NCBI RefSeq assembly: GCF_018350175.1 | Contig: NC_058368.1 | Location: 50,717,815-50,781,814 of the forward strand | Reading direction: 5' to 3' | Origin: Felis catus | Lineage: Eukaryota | Length of the DNA: 64,000 nt | Shown here: piece by piece, positions 35,383-48,545 of the stretch | How the letters are laid out: every line of letters begins with the position of its first letter | How positions within the stretch are numbered: the first letter of the stretch is position 1 | The notes under the pieces: generated by a model | The model's database searches: none | Told to the model about the DNA's origin: nothing | The model's input: only the letters and a program-made list of their open reading frames with translations | Translations under genes and position numbers: made by a program

Positions 35383-35879
35383 CAGATCTTTCTCGACTTG
35401 CGATGGGGTTACATCCTGATAAACTCATACTAAGTTGAAAATAGTGTAAGTGGAAAATGCATTTAATACACCTAACCTACCAAACATCATAACTTAGTCC
35501 AGCCTACTTAAATGTGTTCCCGACACTTACACTAGCCTACAGGTGAGCACTATCACCTAACATAAAGCCTATTTCAGAATAAAGTGTTGAGTATCTCATG
35601 TAATTTACTGAATACTGTACTGAAGTTGAAACGCAGAGTGGTTGTATGGGTACAGAATGCTTGTAAGTGTATCAGTTGTTTACCCCCGTGATTGTGTGGT
35701 TGAGGGGGAGCGGTGGCTCCCAGCTGCTGCCCAACATCAGGAAAGTATTGTACTACATATCACCAGCCCAGGAAAAAATCAAAATTCAAAGTATGATTTC
35801 TACTGCATGCATATGGCTTTTGCACCATTGTAAAGTTGAAAAATTGTAAGTCAAAATATTGTAAGTCAGGAACTGTCTC
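35383..35879. mobile_element. Tigger5/MER47-family TcMar-Tigger non-autonomous element, full length
   Basis: Termini CAGATCTTTCTCGACTTGCGATGGGGTTAC.. and ..TGTAAGTCAGGAACTGTCTC are decayed inverted repeats; TA dinucleotide on both sides; internal ATTTAATACACCTAACCTACC. Confidence 0.9.
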
Positions 35880-37227
35880 TATTGCAAAAAGTCTCTTAAG
35901 AAATTCATTCCAAAAAGTGCCCAGGAATTTCCACTTACCACCTTCGAAATCACTCAAAAGCCCACTTATACTGTTTCGTGCAAAGAGCTCAGGTTCTTTC
36001 CCTTCCCATTTAATGCATCACCGACTGATTATACACTCTAAGAGTGGGAGGGGTCATCATTAAGATGTGGCAAAGGTTCCATATTGGAGGATAGGTTCCA
36101 TATATCAGAGGGGTGCAACAAAAAGAGCAGGTCAGGAAGCTCATGTATAAGTTGAATGCAGAGTCTATTTTATATAATAGTATGAAATAATATGAAGTAA
36201 TCCTCTAGCAGGAGGATGAATTGTTCAAAACATATGAATGACTTGGTAAGATCGTCTTCAAAGGAGAATGACCACCATGATCATCTGCTTTGAAATCTGC
36301 ATGAGCACTAGAAGCGTGATTTGGGCCAGTACACCCTGGATTCCAAACTCTCCCAGTGAAGGGAGGCTCCTTGTACATCTTATCTCCTTGCATACATAGA
36401 ATGTAGCCTCAGCTCTGAGTAACGGGCTCTGGGCGGTTTTCGGCAAAAAAAGAAAGCTAGTCAAGACCATTTTTGCAGAAGAGGTCTTCTCATTAGTAAC
36501 CAGCCTCACTGCAGAGCTTATTTATGTCTGTCTTCTGAGTGCCTGGAACAGAATTCCAACCTAATACCATTTCTGCTTTCAAAGGACCCTATCTTCTAGA
36601 CCTCATTTAGCATGAGGATAGAGAAACACAGATAAATGTCTTATCGGGCAAAAAAGTAATTTCATGTTCTTGCAGTTCTTTTCTCTGTCTATTCAAATGC
36701 TAGATGCCCTTTCATCTCCTACAAATGATTTTCTCTTAATCCGCAAGAAACTAGTTCATTCTTTCTAACAACATCATTATATTTTGAGTGAATTATCATA
36801 GAACAATTAAGAGCTGCTCTCATGTGACACACTTATCTTTGGCTGTTTGTTTCAAAATTTGATTCAGCTGTGCCCTCCGCTATTTCCTCATTTTGTCGAA
36901 TGCCTTTGTCAGCTCAGAGGAAAGAAAATAACACAGCAGGGGGCAGGGCAGAAGTCACGTATTGTAAGACATCATTGCCTTTGGAAACAATGTTCTCCAT
37001 TATAGCTCAATGAGCTAATAACAATGCATTATTTTGTTAAAAGGCAGTTGTTACTATAGTGGCAGCAAAACATCCTATAATATTAACTAAGCTATTACTC
37101 TGACATTTTTGGATAAATGAGGGAAAAAAACTTTTTTCGTGAAATTTTATTTTGTCATGCATTACACTTTCGTGCTTTCCTTTAGCAATTTTGTGTTCTG
37201 TGAGAGGCATACCACACACAAAAGGAT

Positions 37228-37440
37228 GGTGGCTTTGCAGTCAGGCAGCCCTGAGACTGAATCCTTACTCTAGTGTTTGCAACTGCTATGACTTTACCTA
37301 ACACAAGTTCTCTAATGCGTAACTTTTCCATCTACAGAATGGGGGTTTGTGAAGTTTATTATTTATGTAAGTAATGTGGCTAGCTCAGGGCTTCGCACCC
37401 GGAACCACTCAAAAAGGGGGAGGTATTATTACGACCATTA
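37228..37440 (+). mobile_element. MIR
   Basis: GGCTTTGCAGTCAGGCAGCCCTGAG..TTTTCCATCTACAGAATGGGG. Confidence 0.65.
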
Positions 37441-38059
37441 AACAATCTTAACTGACATTTACTTTTCTGCTCCAAATTCCATTAAACCGTGGCAATAACC
37501 AACTAAATTCAGCTCTGCTAGATGCTTGTTTCAAAGGCTCACTTGGTATCAGAGGAGTGAAATTTCTCTTTTCATCTCTTCTTAGCAGAGGCCTTGTGCA
37601 GTATAGCTGTATATAGAACATTTTCTGACATCCTTTGAGAAAGCTCTGCCCGTTCAGATGTTCTCTGATGCTTCTGACATGGTGGCATGAAGCATCTCTG
37701 ATCTCCTTTTCTGACAACTTTTAGGTTCAGGCAGTGGACACTAAAAGACATGAAGTCAGCTATCCTAGCACAGAGACGAAAGTCCCATCTTCATGTTACC
37801 GAGCAGAGCCCTAATCTGGCTTTGTGGTCACGGCTAAGTAACATAGTGCAGAAAAGTCCTCTTCACAATAGTGGAGAGTTAGATCAGATTCTGTGCACTA
37901 ATTCATTTGCACTTCTTTCGCAAGTGCCTGCTTTGAGTCAGAAACTGAATGAAACACCAAACACACAAAGTACCACATGGCCCTTATGCTTCAGCTGTCT
38001 GAGTTTAGTGGAGGAGACGTACACACTGGCAGATAGAGATTCCTACTCTGGACAAGCGG

Positions 38060-38975
38060 GTGTAAGATGCATTCCTTCCAGCTTCTCTTCGCCAAGTACA
38101 ATGATAAACCCTGAAAATAATGCAAGAGGCAACATGAGGAGAACTCTTGAATGATGGATAGAGGAAGGCAAACTGGTTAGTGTTCCCAAGACTGAAGGAA
38201 AAACAGTGGCAACATCTTCCAACCCTCCACCCGACAGCAAAAGGTGACCCCGGTCCTGCACACTGGATTTCCCATCTAGCTAAAGAGGGCAGGCCAACTT
38301 GACTCATTCCTCCCCTGGATCTAACAGGAGTCCTGTCAACAACACCAGGCAAACAACGTATGCAAGAGGGAAAGATCAAGACCCACAGTGAATATCAGTC
38401 GGCAAGGGAAATGATCTCATCGGGCCCGAGACTCCCCTCCACCACCTAGAGAAACTGGGTGGCCTGGTGACACCAACAATGGGGAGCCACAGAAGCAGCC
38501 TTGCTGAGAAGCCTCTTTGTTCCTGCAGGTCAGAGACTGCCCTCCCTCACCAAGAGACCAGGTGAGTGGGGCAAAAGAGATCCGGGCAGAGAGATCGGGC
38601 AGAGGTGGCAAAAGAGATCCAACTCCACTAAGAGTCTCTTCACCAGCAGCCTTTGTCTTTTGGGGAGAGGGGGAGATTCCCAACACCTACAGCCAGGACT
38701 TAAGTGCTGATTCTAGGGAGGTGACTGCCCTCTAAAATAAGAGATGTTCAATACGACTTAGAGTCTCCTAACATAATGGTCAGAGTGTTGAAGAGACAAT
38801 TAAAAGTGACCCATCACACCAAGCCAAGACAATCCATTGATGCCAACACCAAGAGGAATCAGAGACCGGGAAGATGTGACAAAGATTTGAAAGCAACCTT
38901 CACAAAAATGCTGCAACAAGAGACGACAGATTCATTTGAAACTGATGAGAAATAGAAAATCTTAGCAAAGAAACC
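38060..38975 (+). mobile_element. Old L1M 5' UTR and start of ORF1
   Basis: AGAGTCTCCTAACATAAT..GATGCCAACACCAAGAGGAATCAGA..TGACAAAGATTTGAAAGCA..AAATAGAAAATCTTAGCAAAGAAA. Confidence 0.65.
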
Positions 38976-39331
38976 CAATCTGTCACAAAGATATTTAAGA
39001 ACGTAGCAACTGATCTTAACTCTGGGAAGTAAAGCAAAGAGTAAAGAGAGATGCTAACTTTTCACCCTAGAATTTTGGGTATGCTTTGAATTCTTTTCAA
39101 TGAGCATGACATTTTTAAAATAGAATTAAAATCCAAATTCTATAAAATTAGCTAAATTCTATTTTGAGAAGTAAGAGAAACAGCTTCTCTGTGCTCTGCT
39201 ATTAAAATTTCTTTTCTGGGTAAGTAGCTAAGATAATTTTTTAGTGGATTTATATTGAAATCAGTGAGTTAGTACCTTCGAAAAATGAGTTGGTGGCTTT
39301 CCTTATATATAAAAAAGTTTTTGAACGATAA

Positions 39332-39370
39332 TTTTTATTTTTTTTTAATTTTTTTCATGTTTATTTTACT

Positions 39371-39402
<32 letters not shown>

Positions 39403-39567
39403 CATGAGCAGGGGAAGGGCAGAGAGAGTGAGACACAGAATCCGAAGCAGGCTCCAGGCTCTGAGCTGTCAGCACAGAGCCCAATGTGGGGCCGGAACCC
39501 ATGAATGGTGAGATCATGACCTGAGCCGAAGTCAGATGCTTCACGGACAGAGCCACCCAGGCGCCCC
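39332..39567 (-). mobile_element. CanSINE (SINEC_Fc-type)
   Basis: Consensus match; TSD AACGATAATTTTTA / AATGATAATTTTTA. Confidence 0.96.
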
Positions 39568-39995
39568 TCAATGATAATTTTTAAAAAAGAGAAAAAAGTG
39601 CACCAATTCCTACAAATTTTAACTATCACCATTACAACACTCTTTGCACACATGTTATTGCTAAATTCAGCTTTAAGAAATTATGTTTTGTTTTTTGTTT
39701 TTTTTTTAAGATCACCACAACTTGGGAACAATTACAATCTAGTTAATGATGTGCAGCTCAAAATAGAAAATGTGGCTAGAAATGATTGGTGCTTACCCCA
39801 GTCTTCCTCCTATAAGGTTGGATGCTTGAGTTCTGCTCTTTGACTTAAATAAGCAGAGTGGACTGAAACCAGTGCTCCTGGAGAATGAAAGGATAACAGG
39901 AAGGGCACACCCTCCCATACATTTTGTTTTTGTTTTCTCGTTTGTATTTGCTACTCTCAGACCTTCCAAAATTCTCACCAAACAAGGTGGGATAT

Positions 39996-40563
39996 TGTGA
40001 CTTCTAATAAGAAATATATACTTGGTTCTCCACCCTGTTCCGACACCAAGCTCCTAAAACCCTTCAAATTTTCTAAGTGATAAGAGCAATTAAGGTGTCT
40101 TTTTTAATGTTAATGAGGTAACTTTTGGAAAACCCAAAAGGATGAGGGCTGGGAGTCAACCGGGAGATGAGAGGTTGGGAACTTTCAGAGGATTTAGAAG
40201 CTCTATGCCACTTCCGCATACCTTGTCCTACACATCTCTCCCATCTGGCTGTCCCTGAGTTATATCCTTTTATAATAATGCAGTCATCTAGTAAGTAGAA
40301 TGTTTCCCTGAGCTCTGTGAGCCGCTCTAACAAATTAATGGAACCCAAAGTGGGGATTGTGAGATCCTTGGATTTATAGCCAGTTGTGAGGGAAGCAGTC
40401 TTGTAGGACTGAGCCCTAAACCTGTGGAATCTGATGCTGTCTCAGGGTAGGTAATATCCGAATTGGGCTGAGTGGTAAAACACCCAGCTGCTGCCATAGA
40501 CTCACTTGGTGGCGTGGGGGTGGGGGGTGGCGAAAGCCCTACACATCCGAACTGGGTGCAGAA
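39996..40563 (+). mobile_element. MER21-like ERV LTR
   Basis: GCTCCTAAAACCCTT..GAGGTTGGGAACTTTCAG..CCATCTGGCTGTCCCTGAGTT..TCTGTGAGCCGCTCTAACAAATT..GCAGTCTTGTAGGACTGAGCCCT. Confidence 0.75.
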
Positions 40564-41139
40564 TTGTGCACGGTTATCAGAAAAGTCACTCGCCTAGTTA
40601 GTGGTACCTGTAGTTACACCGTTAGGAACCGAACTACCAGGTTCAGCAGTTAGACCACATAGAAAGGCAACATTTCCCCTCTTACTTTACTAGGAATCAA
40701 CAGAGGAAACAATACTGTGAAATCTATTTTTCTGCCAACCCTTTCTGCAGAAAGCAAAGGACTAGGGGAAAAGTATGATGCATGCAATGCCAAAACAGAG
40801 TGGTTCATGGTCAGACTGCTGCCCCTCCTGCAGAGGCGTCCATCCTTTCTTTACTGTGGCAGCAAGAGCCTCTGCTTATGCCAAAAACATCCTAGCTGTG
40901 ACATGCACGTACCGATTTCAATATTCCTGTCAGAAGAACTACAAATACAGGAATTAACCCCAGAAGGGATTTGTCACCATCAGTGAGCACGAATATTTCA
41001 ATTTCTGGATCCATCATTTTCCAGGAAGACACATGGTATCTCGGAACAAATAAGTTATTCCTGAATAATTGTCTCAGTCTAAAGTGACAGGGGTAAGAAT
41101 AGTTGCCCTTTTTGGGAAAAAAAAAAATCTATGAAAGAA

Positions 41140-42660
41140 AATCTTGATTACGGTTATAAAATTGATTCAAACAACACAGAAGAGTTGGAAGTAATACTGT
41201 CTCTTGCCATCTCCCTTCCCACTCAGTTGTTATTCCTCACATTTAACTGTATCAACAGTTTCATGTCTACATGGCCAAAGAAATATGCATACGTTATATG
41301 TAAATGACACTTTTATTTACACGAAGATTTGTGTTTTATAATTTTCTTATGAACTAATGTATTGATCAACTTTCCATTTAAGTAGCTAAATCTCATTTCT
41401 AATCAGCTGCAAAAATAGCACATTGTGTGGATATTATTAATACTTTTCCGATTGATAAACATTGGTGTGTTTTCTGGATTTGGGCATTGATGAACATCTT
41501 TGCACTTAAGCAAAATGGTTAAATAAATTCCTTTGGGATTCAAGATCACAAGAAATCTTAATATTTTCAAATTGTCCTTCAACACGATTGGAGAGCCCTT
41601 GTTTATTGTAGCCAACAGTGGATATTATGAAACATTTTAGCGTTTCCTCCAAGATAGGAAAAAAATGGTGTTTCATTGTTTATTTGAATTTGCATATGTG
41701 GTTATGAGTGAATTTTAGCATCTTACCATATGGCTGGCTATTTGCTATTTGCAATATTTTTCTGTGAAACGTTGCTTCAAGTCTTTATTCATTTTCTATT
41801 GTGAGAACTCTGTGTGGCAAGGCAATATGACATTTGTCTGGCATACATTTTATGTTTTGCATATATTTTCCATAGTTGTCATTTTTCTTATGACATTGTG
41901 AAATTTCCCTGCAGTGCAAAAGTTCTACTTTTTTATGCAGTCTAACTTGAGACTTTTTCCCTCTCAGTTTTTGACTTTGAACAAGTCTTTTCCACTCCAA
42001 AGTTTTTAAAAAATAAAGTTATTTCTTCTGGTGCTTTTAGAATTTCTCTTTTTATATTTAAAAGCTTGCATTTCTGGTGTTTACTTGAGAATAAAGTTTC
42101 TAGTAATGATTCAGCTTCATCTTTTTCAAAAGGTCTAGTCAAATGGCCCAAAAGAATTTGTGAATAATCTGTCAGAACCTCAATTGTTTTAACTATCCTC
42201 TTTCCCAATTTTTTTATTATATTTACGAGTCTATTTCTAACTTACTTTCAGTTTCCTTGATCTATTTATGCAGTAATAACAATGATTTTAATACTCCCTA
42301 ACACTTTTTAAACCTATAAAAAGGACTTCCTGCTAATTACTTTTCTACATCAGAAGATTTCAAGATGTTTTCACATGCTGATTATTTTATATGAATTGTT
42401 GCCAAGGTAAAAAAAAAAAAAGAGTCTGTTCTTATTTAAGTTGAGGTATGAATGAGTTAATTGATTTGAGGGAAACTGTCAGTAGGGATTCTGGTTTTCT
42501 ATACAAAAACAGGATACAGCTTTCTGTTTGTTTAGAGCTTACTTCATGTCTTTTAGTGAAGTATTAACATTCTCCTCATATAGTGTCTGAGTATTTATTT
42601 AATTGGGGTTTATTCTTAGATATTTTGTATCTGTTGTTTTGATGGTGATAGTCTTTGCCA
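41140..42660 (-). mobile_element. Ancient L1ME fragment
   Basis: T-rich L1-antisense motifs (CAAATTGTCCTTCA, AAATGGTGTTTCATTG..GAATTTGCAT, TTTGCATATATTTTCC). Confidence 0.6.
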
Positions 42661-42729
42661 AAGTGCTGATACAAGGAAAGTGGAGAAGATACGATTTGTG
42701 AACTTGAGACACTCAGAGTTGAATCAGGA

Positions 42730-44560
42730 GTTCACAAGATGTAAGATGCAATAGTATTGAGAAAACAGACATATGCACAAAGTGATGTGGGGGTTCAGAG
42801 GAGATAGTATCCATCTCTGCAAAATCAGTTTCCTAATACAATGCAACATGTGATCTGGGTGTTGAAGAACGAGTGGAGTCTCTAGGGCAAGAGAAGAGGC
42901 AAGAGCTTTGCAAGTAGCAGGAGGGGAAATGCAAAGACAGGGCAGGGAAAGAAAAGCCGTGTATCACGGGAGGCTCCCGCTGGACTTTTTACATGGCTGC
43001 AGGTAGAAAACATGTGAAAGGAGGTTAGATTTTCACTCCCAGGGAAAGAGTCTTTTGTTTCAAGGTAAGGAATCTGGAATAGATGAAGTGTGTTTTTAAT
43101 TGCAAGGTAATTTAGGTAGCCGTGAACAGCTTTATCCCAAATGAGGAGAGACAAGCGGCAGAGAGTGCCAACAAGGGAAAGAAAGGTCGGGTGTAGATAG
43201 AGAAGCTGAGGTCCTGGCAGCACATCCCAATGGTAGCAAAGCTCTAACATAAAGAAGATACGCATTAAACATTGAGAGAATTAATGAAAAGACGAAATGA
43301 AAAGGCAAGGGGTATTCGAAGGCAGTTCTGTCCAGAAGTGCACAATGTGTAATAGTTTCATGTCAAGCTTTAAACCACTCATTGTTCTCAACCCCCAGAC
43401 TTCCATAGAGGTGTAGCACTTCGCCTGGTAAGTGGGGCAACATTACGGAACAAGAATCTGGAACACAGCTCTGTTCTGAAACACAGCAGTGATTAAATAA
43501 ATGAATTAATGGTTTCAAAGCCCTTGGGACAGTGCTTTGCACAAACTAAGTGCTGTTTAACTGATAAAACTGTTTGTTAAGTAAATAACGAAGCAAGGAC
43601 CCTGGATAAAACTGTAGACCTCAGTTGTCGCTTTCTTAAGTACCTTCCTCTCCCTCTAGTTGCCCCATGAATTCTCCACATCCCTTCTTCCTAAATTCCA
43701 AACATCTCCATCAATCTGCCTTTTGTTCCAAACCACCTCACAAAAGTGATATATTTACTGCAAGAATCTGTGCCGGAAGAGAGGAAGAAGGAGCCTGTGT
43801 CATTTGACAAGGAAGGGAACAGGTGGACCATGGTGAGCAAGACAGAGGACGAGGTTCATGCCATTTGTAGCTGCCACTTTTAAGGAGTTTGGGCTTCATC
43901 CCAAGAGCAATGGGAAGCCCATAAAAGGATTTAACAAGAGAATTACGTGCTTATGCTTTCATTTTTAAATGTTCCTTCCAATTCACAGCAGAGAATAGAT
44001 TTGAAGAAATCAAAAACAAATGTGGGGTGGCTATTCCTTTAGTCAAAGTAAGAGAGAGACGACAGTGGTTTAGACTATAGTAGTAGCTGTGGAAAAGAGA
44101 TCACCAGGAGGTGGGAGTGGGGATCAATTCAAATGAAGAAATAAAGAGAAGTATGTGAAGGGTGTTGACTACGTTTTGTACCTTGAAGATCTGGGTACCA
44201 TTTATCAAGGCAGGAGATTTTGGAGGAAGTTCAGGTTGGGGTGGGGGGGAGAACATGTGCTTAACTGGGTAAATGGGTCTGGAGCTCAGTGAAGTCTGGG
44301 CTAGAGCAAACCGTGGGAGGGCCTCTTTCCATCTTTTCAGCCCCACCTGTTACTCCAGTCAAAGCTGCTACAATATAATAACCACTGGTGTCCTCTCCCA
44401 GATGTTTGCAGATCTAAAAAAAGAGAGAAGAGAGAAAGTGAAGTCAGAGAAGCCGCAAGAAGGGAATACTGAAGGAGGAAGCAGCAGTTTTGTCAAATCT
44501 TTTAAGCCTGAGAAACATGAAGACCGGAAGCTTGGCACCATGGAGGTCAAAGATGCCCGT
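42730..44560 (-). mobile_element. Discontinuous L2 fragments
   Basis: TAAGGAGTTTGGGCTTCATCCCAAGAGCAATGGGAAGCC..GGATTTAA; GGGTCTGGAGCTCAG..GTCTGGGCTAGAG. Confidence 0.6.
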
Positions 44561-45489
44561 AGCTGGGACCAGGCTTTTCTTTTAACAGAACGCATGGAAC
44601 TGCAATCAAAGACATTCTCAGACTGAAACTCTAGGCATTAAGAAGCTGCACAAACAGATAAGCAAGGGGGTTTTAACCCCCGAGGAATCACACCATGTTG
44701 GGGACTTTCTATTTGTGACATCAGTTGTCCAGGACAACTTTTGGTAGCACCATGCTCGGCCCCTGCTATGAGGCACTTAGGAGCGTGGGCTGCGAGCCTG
44801 CTGGTGATTTCCACATTTCTCAGGATATATTCACCAACATCTGGACCAAGTTATCAATTTTTAACTCAGTTATCATCTCTGATCTTGTAAACGTATGATA
44901 TGAATAAGATCTCACCCTGAAATTGAATCTGCAGTGCTGTCTTAGCTGTTAAAAGCATTTTGTGGGAATTTACCAGGTATTTAAACCATTCCCCCATTTT
45001 ATGGGATTGTCGATACCAAACTCTTTCTATGAGTGAGAAAAAAAATTGTCTAGAATTCCTCCATCCATGTGCTTCATAGCTAGGGTCACTTAAAATTCTA
45101 GCCTGGCCCCACCACAAAAATGCCAACCTTTCTTTCCTAACAAAGTCCTTCTGAATCCTGTGTCAAACTGTTAATAGTAATTTTTTGCAGACTCCCACAC
45201 ACAGCTGGCAAAGTACTTGGATGAAAGGCTCAAAGAAATGTAGAAAAATTTTGAAAAACAAGATTTCTCCGTGTCCAAGCTGAGAAGGAGAGTTCAGACT
45301 TGTATTCAAAAACTATGGTTATAACTTTCGATAAAATATAATACTAATAAAGAAAAACAAGGTTTGAAGAAAGAGAAATTGCTTTTATATTTCCTATGAA
45401 AATGTCCATAATGTTACTCGGCTCTTGAATTCAAGTGCTTTGGTCCCGCGCTGAAGTATATATCAGGATGATGGCACATACTTAATGAG

Positions 45490-45710
45490 AATGGCTACCA
45501 TTCACTGTGTGCCAGGCATGGTTTTGATGCTTTCTGTGCACTATGTCTCAATCTTTTGAACAACTACATGAAGTAGGTGTCATTATCTCTACTTCATTAC
45601 TAGGGAAAGTGAGATATAGAAGTTTAAGTAACTTGTCCAGGTTAAGCCAACAAGGGGTGGCAGCAAGATCCAAATGCTAACCTTGCCTCAAGTCCATGTC
45701 CCTAAGCCCT
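45490..45710 (-). mobile_element. MIR
   Basis: CTGTGTGCCAGGCA..ACAACTACATGAAGTAGG..GTTTAAGTAACTTGTCCAGG. Confidence 0.75.
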
Positions 45711-46135
45711 TAGAGTAAGAATGTTCTAGAAACATAAGTAAGCACCCAGGCCATATAATTCCTCCTTTACTTATGTGAGCTTTTCCGTGTAAGCTTTTCA
45801 TAGTCTTACAGGACCAATTCAGTCAAACGTAAGAGAAGTTCAGAAACCAGTCTGAAGAAGCCCATCACTGAAAGTATGGGACAGGTCACCGCATGTGACT
45901 ACTGACTGATGTTTAATGGCAGCTAATATCAAATCAGTAACTTGAGAAATCAGACTCTGTAACCCACACTGAGCCCTTTCTTTGTGTCATTCTTCAATGG
46001 ATTCCAAAGCTTCTGGTGAGAGGCAAAATCTAGACAGAAGAGGAGAAATGGCCAGGCGCGAAGAGTCCTGTTTGTTTGTGACAGTTCAGCAAGGCTGCTG
46101 CCAGCAGTCCTAGAGGAGACCGTCGGCCAGAGCCA

Positions 46136-46167
46136 CCCTCCCGCCCCTCCCGCCCCCTCCCCACCCC
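46136..46167. promoter_or_regulatory. Tandem GC boxes (Sp/KLF-type) and potential G-quadruplex
   Basis: CCCTCCCGCCCCTCCCGCCCCCTCCCCACCCC: two CCCGCCCC and one CCCCACCC, in a locally CpG-retaining non-repeat patch. Confidence 0.45.
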
Positions 46168-46673
46168 ACTGGCAGCAGAGCCTCTTGCTTGCATTTGACT
46201 TGACTTCTTGCAATAATATGAATTCTAGAAGACTATTAGACTACCAGCCTAAATTTAAGGGTAGTTTCCAACAGTTCGAGTTTGTCGATGCTGAAGTTAA
46301 AAAATGAGGGGAAAAAACATTTTGCACTAAAAAAAAAAACATATATTACAAAGAAGGGTTAACTCAGCACAAAATCAGCTGCGTCTCAGTTCTGGGAAAA
46401 ATCATCATATTGAGTATCTCCACTGACTTTCCTGCCCTTTACAAGGCCAGAGATTTCTAAAATAAAATGTCATATTCTTCCTCACCTTCAAAATCAGTTC
46501 CTTAGAGCTGCTTTCCTGGGATGCCACCATGATCCTCCAAGGGGTTTAAAGGTAGGTATGCTGATCTTGAGGTATAGACATGAATTCAAATCCCCACTAG
46601 ACATGTGTGCTGACATCGCATTTCAGACAACAATTTGAGCTTCAGTTTCCTTACACGCAAAAAAAAAATGACA

Positions 46674-46880
46674 GGGGTGCCTGGGTGACTCAGTCAACTC
46701 TTGATTTCTGCTCAGATTTTGATCTCACCATGATGACATCCAGCCCCACGTTGGGCTGTGGGCTGAGAGTACAGCCTGCTTCAGATTCTTTCTCCCTCTC
46801 CCTCTGCCCCTCCCCTGCTCACGCACGCTCTCTCTCTCTCTCCCCCTCCAAAAATTAAATAGGTAAATAAATGTAAAAAT
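46674..46880 (+). mobile_element. Older CanSINE inserted in a MIR (~46560-46960)
   Basis: SINE consensus; MIR core GAGCTTCAGTTTCCTTAC upstream, MIR continuation downstream. Confidence 0.9.
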
Positions 46881-48123
46881 AGAAATAACAGCACTGACTT
46901 TATGAAGTAATTATGAAAATGCTTCCATAATGACTGGCACGTAGAGGGACTTAAAAATAGTGATTACATCTCAGACTCAGTCCTTCCCACACCAATTCAT
47001 CCATTTCAATAAATTATTGTGTCATTAAAAACTGCTCGTTCAGTGACCCTCATGGGGCAGCAAAGCACTGTGGAGACTCTCAGGAATAACTGAAATCGAT
47101 GGGTCCTGAGTTTTCTAAGTGCCCCACTTGCACCAGGCAGCAGTGAAGAGAATTATCTGTTTAAGATGCTTTCCTTGGCATGAAATGCCAGTTTAATGGT
47201 CACAGAGGGATGTAAGAATTCCATTGGCAGGTGGGCAAGGATATCCTTCATCTTCTGAATGTTCCAGAGTTTTGGAAAGATGATTCCTCCTCTAAATATC
47301 CTGTGTGCCTTATTGTGTGCCTGTTGGTGTCTTTATAGAGCAGATCCGATTCCAGGAAGGGGCCTTGATAAATGAATACAATCTCCTCAGGCCATTGGGG
47401 ACAGCCTGAAGGGGGTGTCCCCAGGGCACCTGACCCACAGGCTCAGGACTGGGCTGAAACCTACTGTCTCTAAGCATGCAGGAGGCAATCCTTACAGAAT
47501 GGGTGGGGCTTCAAAATGTTAAGATGATTCTGTTTTTATTTCTATTTATATAGAAAATAGTCGTGGGGGTCCCAACCATTCTGAAGCCATCGTATTAATT
47601 CCATTGTGTTGAGCCTTTGGTATGGAGATAATAAGAGATCCATTTAGTTTATAAAAAAAAAAAACCACATACAAAATGAACAGTTCTCCATTTTCAACTG
47701 GTTTTTGGAGTGGTCCACTCTAAAAATTGCATTTTATATCTCAGCCAAAAAAAAAAAAATACAAGGCAAATAAAAAACTTGTGTGTGACTATCTCCTATC
47801 ATGCACTTTCTGTGTGGCTCAGTAATCTCAGCTGGCATGAGAGGAAGGTCAAGTTTATTAAAGTATCATCCTAGAAAGGAGATGATTTCATCAGATACAG
47901 ACACTATTTCTTGGGACTTAGATTTTTCTCATAAATATCTATTCAACATTCAGTGTGTATGTGTGCATCAGAACCTAAGTATCTACAACTTGCATGTGTC
48001 ACCTTGATGACCTTGGAATAAAGTTAAGAACAGAGCAAGATTAAAAGAAGGAAGAGATGTGCTACAATTTCTGCACTGAGATATGTGGGATAACTGGTTC
48101 TGTCCCCTCAACATCTCAGGGGA

Positions 48124-48151
48124 TGTATTATATATATATAATACAGGCTTG

Positions 48152-48197
<46 letters not shown>

Positions 48198-48204
48198 GCT
48201 TGCT
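48124..48204. repeat. Duplicated (TA)n cassette
   Basis: TGTAT(TA)6ATACA-GGCTTG-CTG(TA)20CAG-GCTTGCT. Confidence 0.95.
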
Positions 48205-48239
48205 TGAGCGCATTTAATTAGTTATCTAGTTGATGCCAC

Positions 48240-48545
48240 GAATAAACCATAGCCAGTTTTGATTAGCCACTGTGCTAAGGACTTTACACATTACCTGGTT
48301 TAATCTACTTTGCAGCCTTTTGAAGTGACGCTATCACTGTGCCCATTTTAGAGAAAGGAAAACCAAGGCACAGAGAAGAGGGATGGCTAGCGTGTCACGT
48401 GGAGGGAGACAGACGCTAAGTTCTGAGGCCTTAAGAACATCATTGAGCCTCCTTGCGATGAGTTTACCACATCTTGCAAGTGGCGGTAGCACTGGGCTGC
48501 AAACACAGGCCATGTGACCATGAAACACAAGTTTTTAACCATTGA
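48240..48545 (-). mobile_element. MIR
   Basis: CACTGTGCTAAGGACTTTACAC..CCCATTTTAGAGAAAGGAAAACCAAGGCACAGAGA. Confidence 0.75.
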
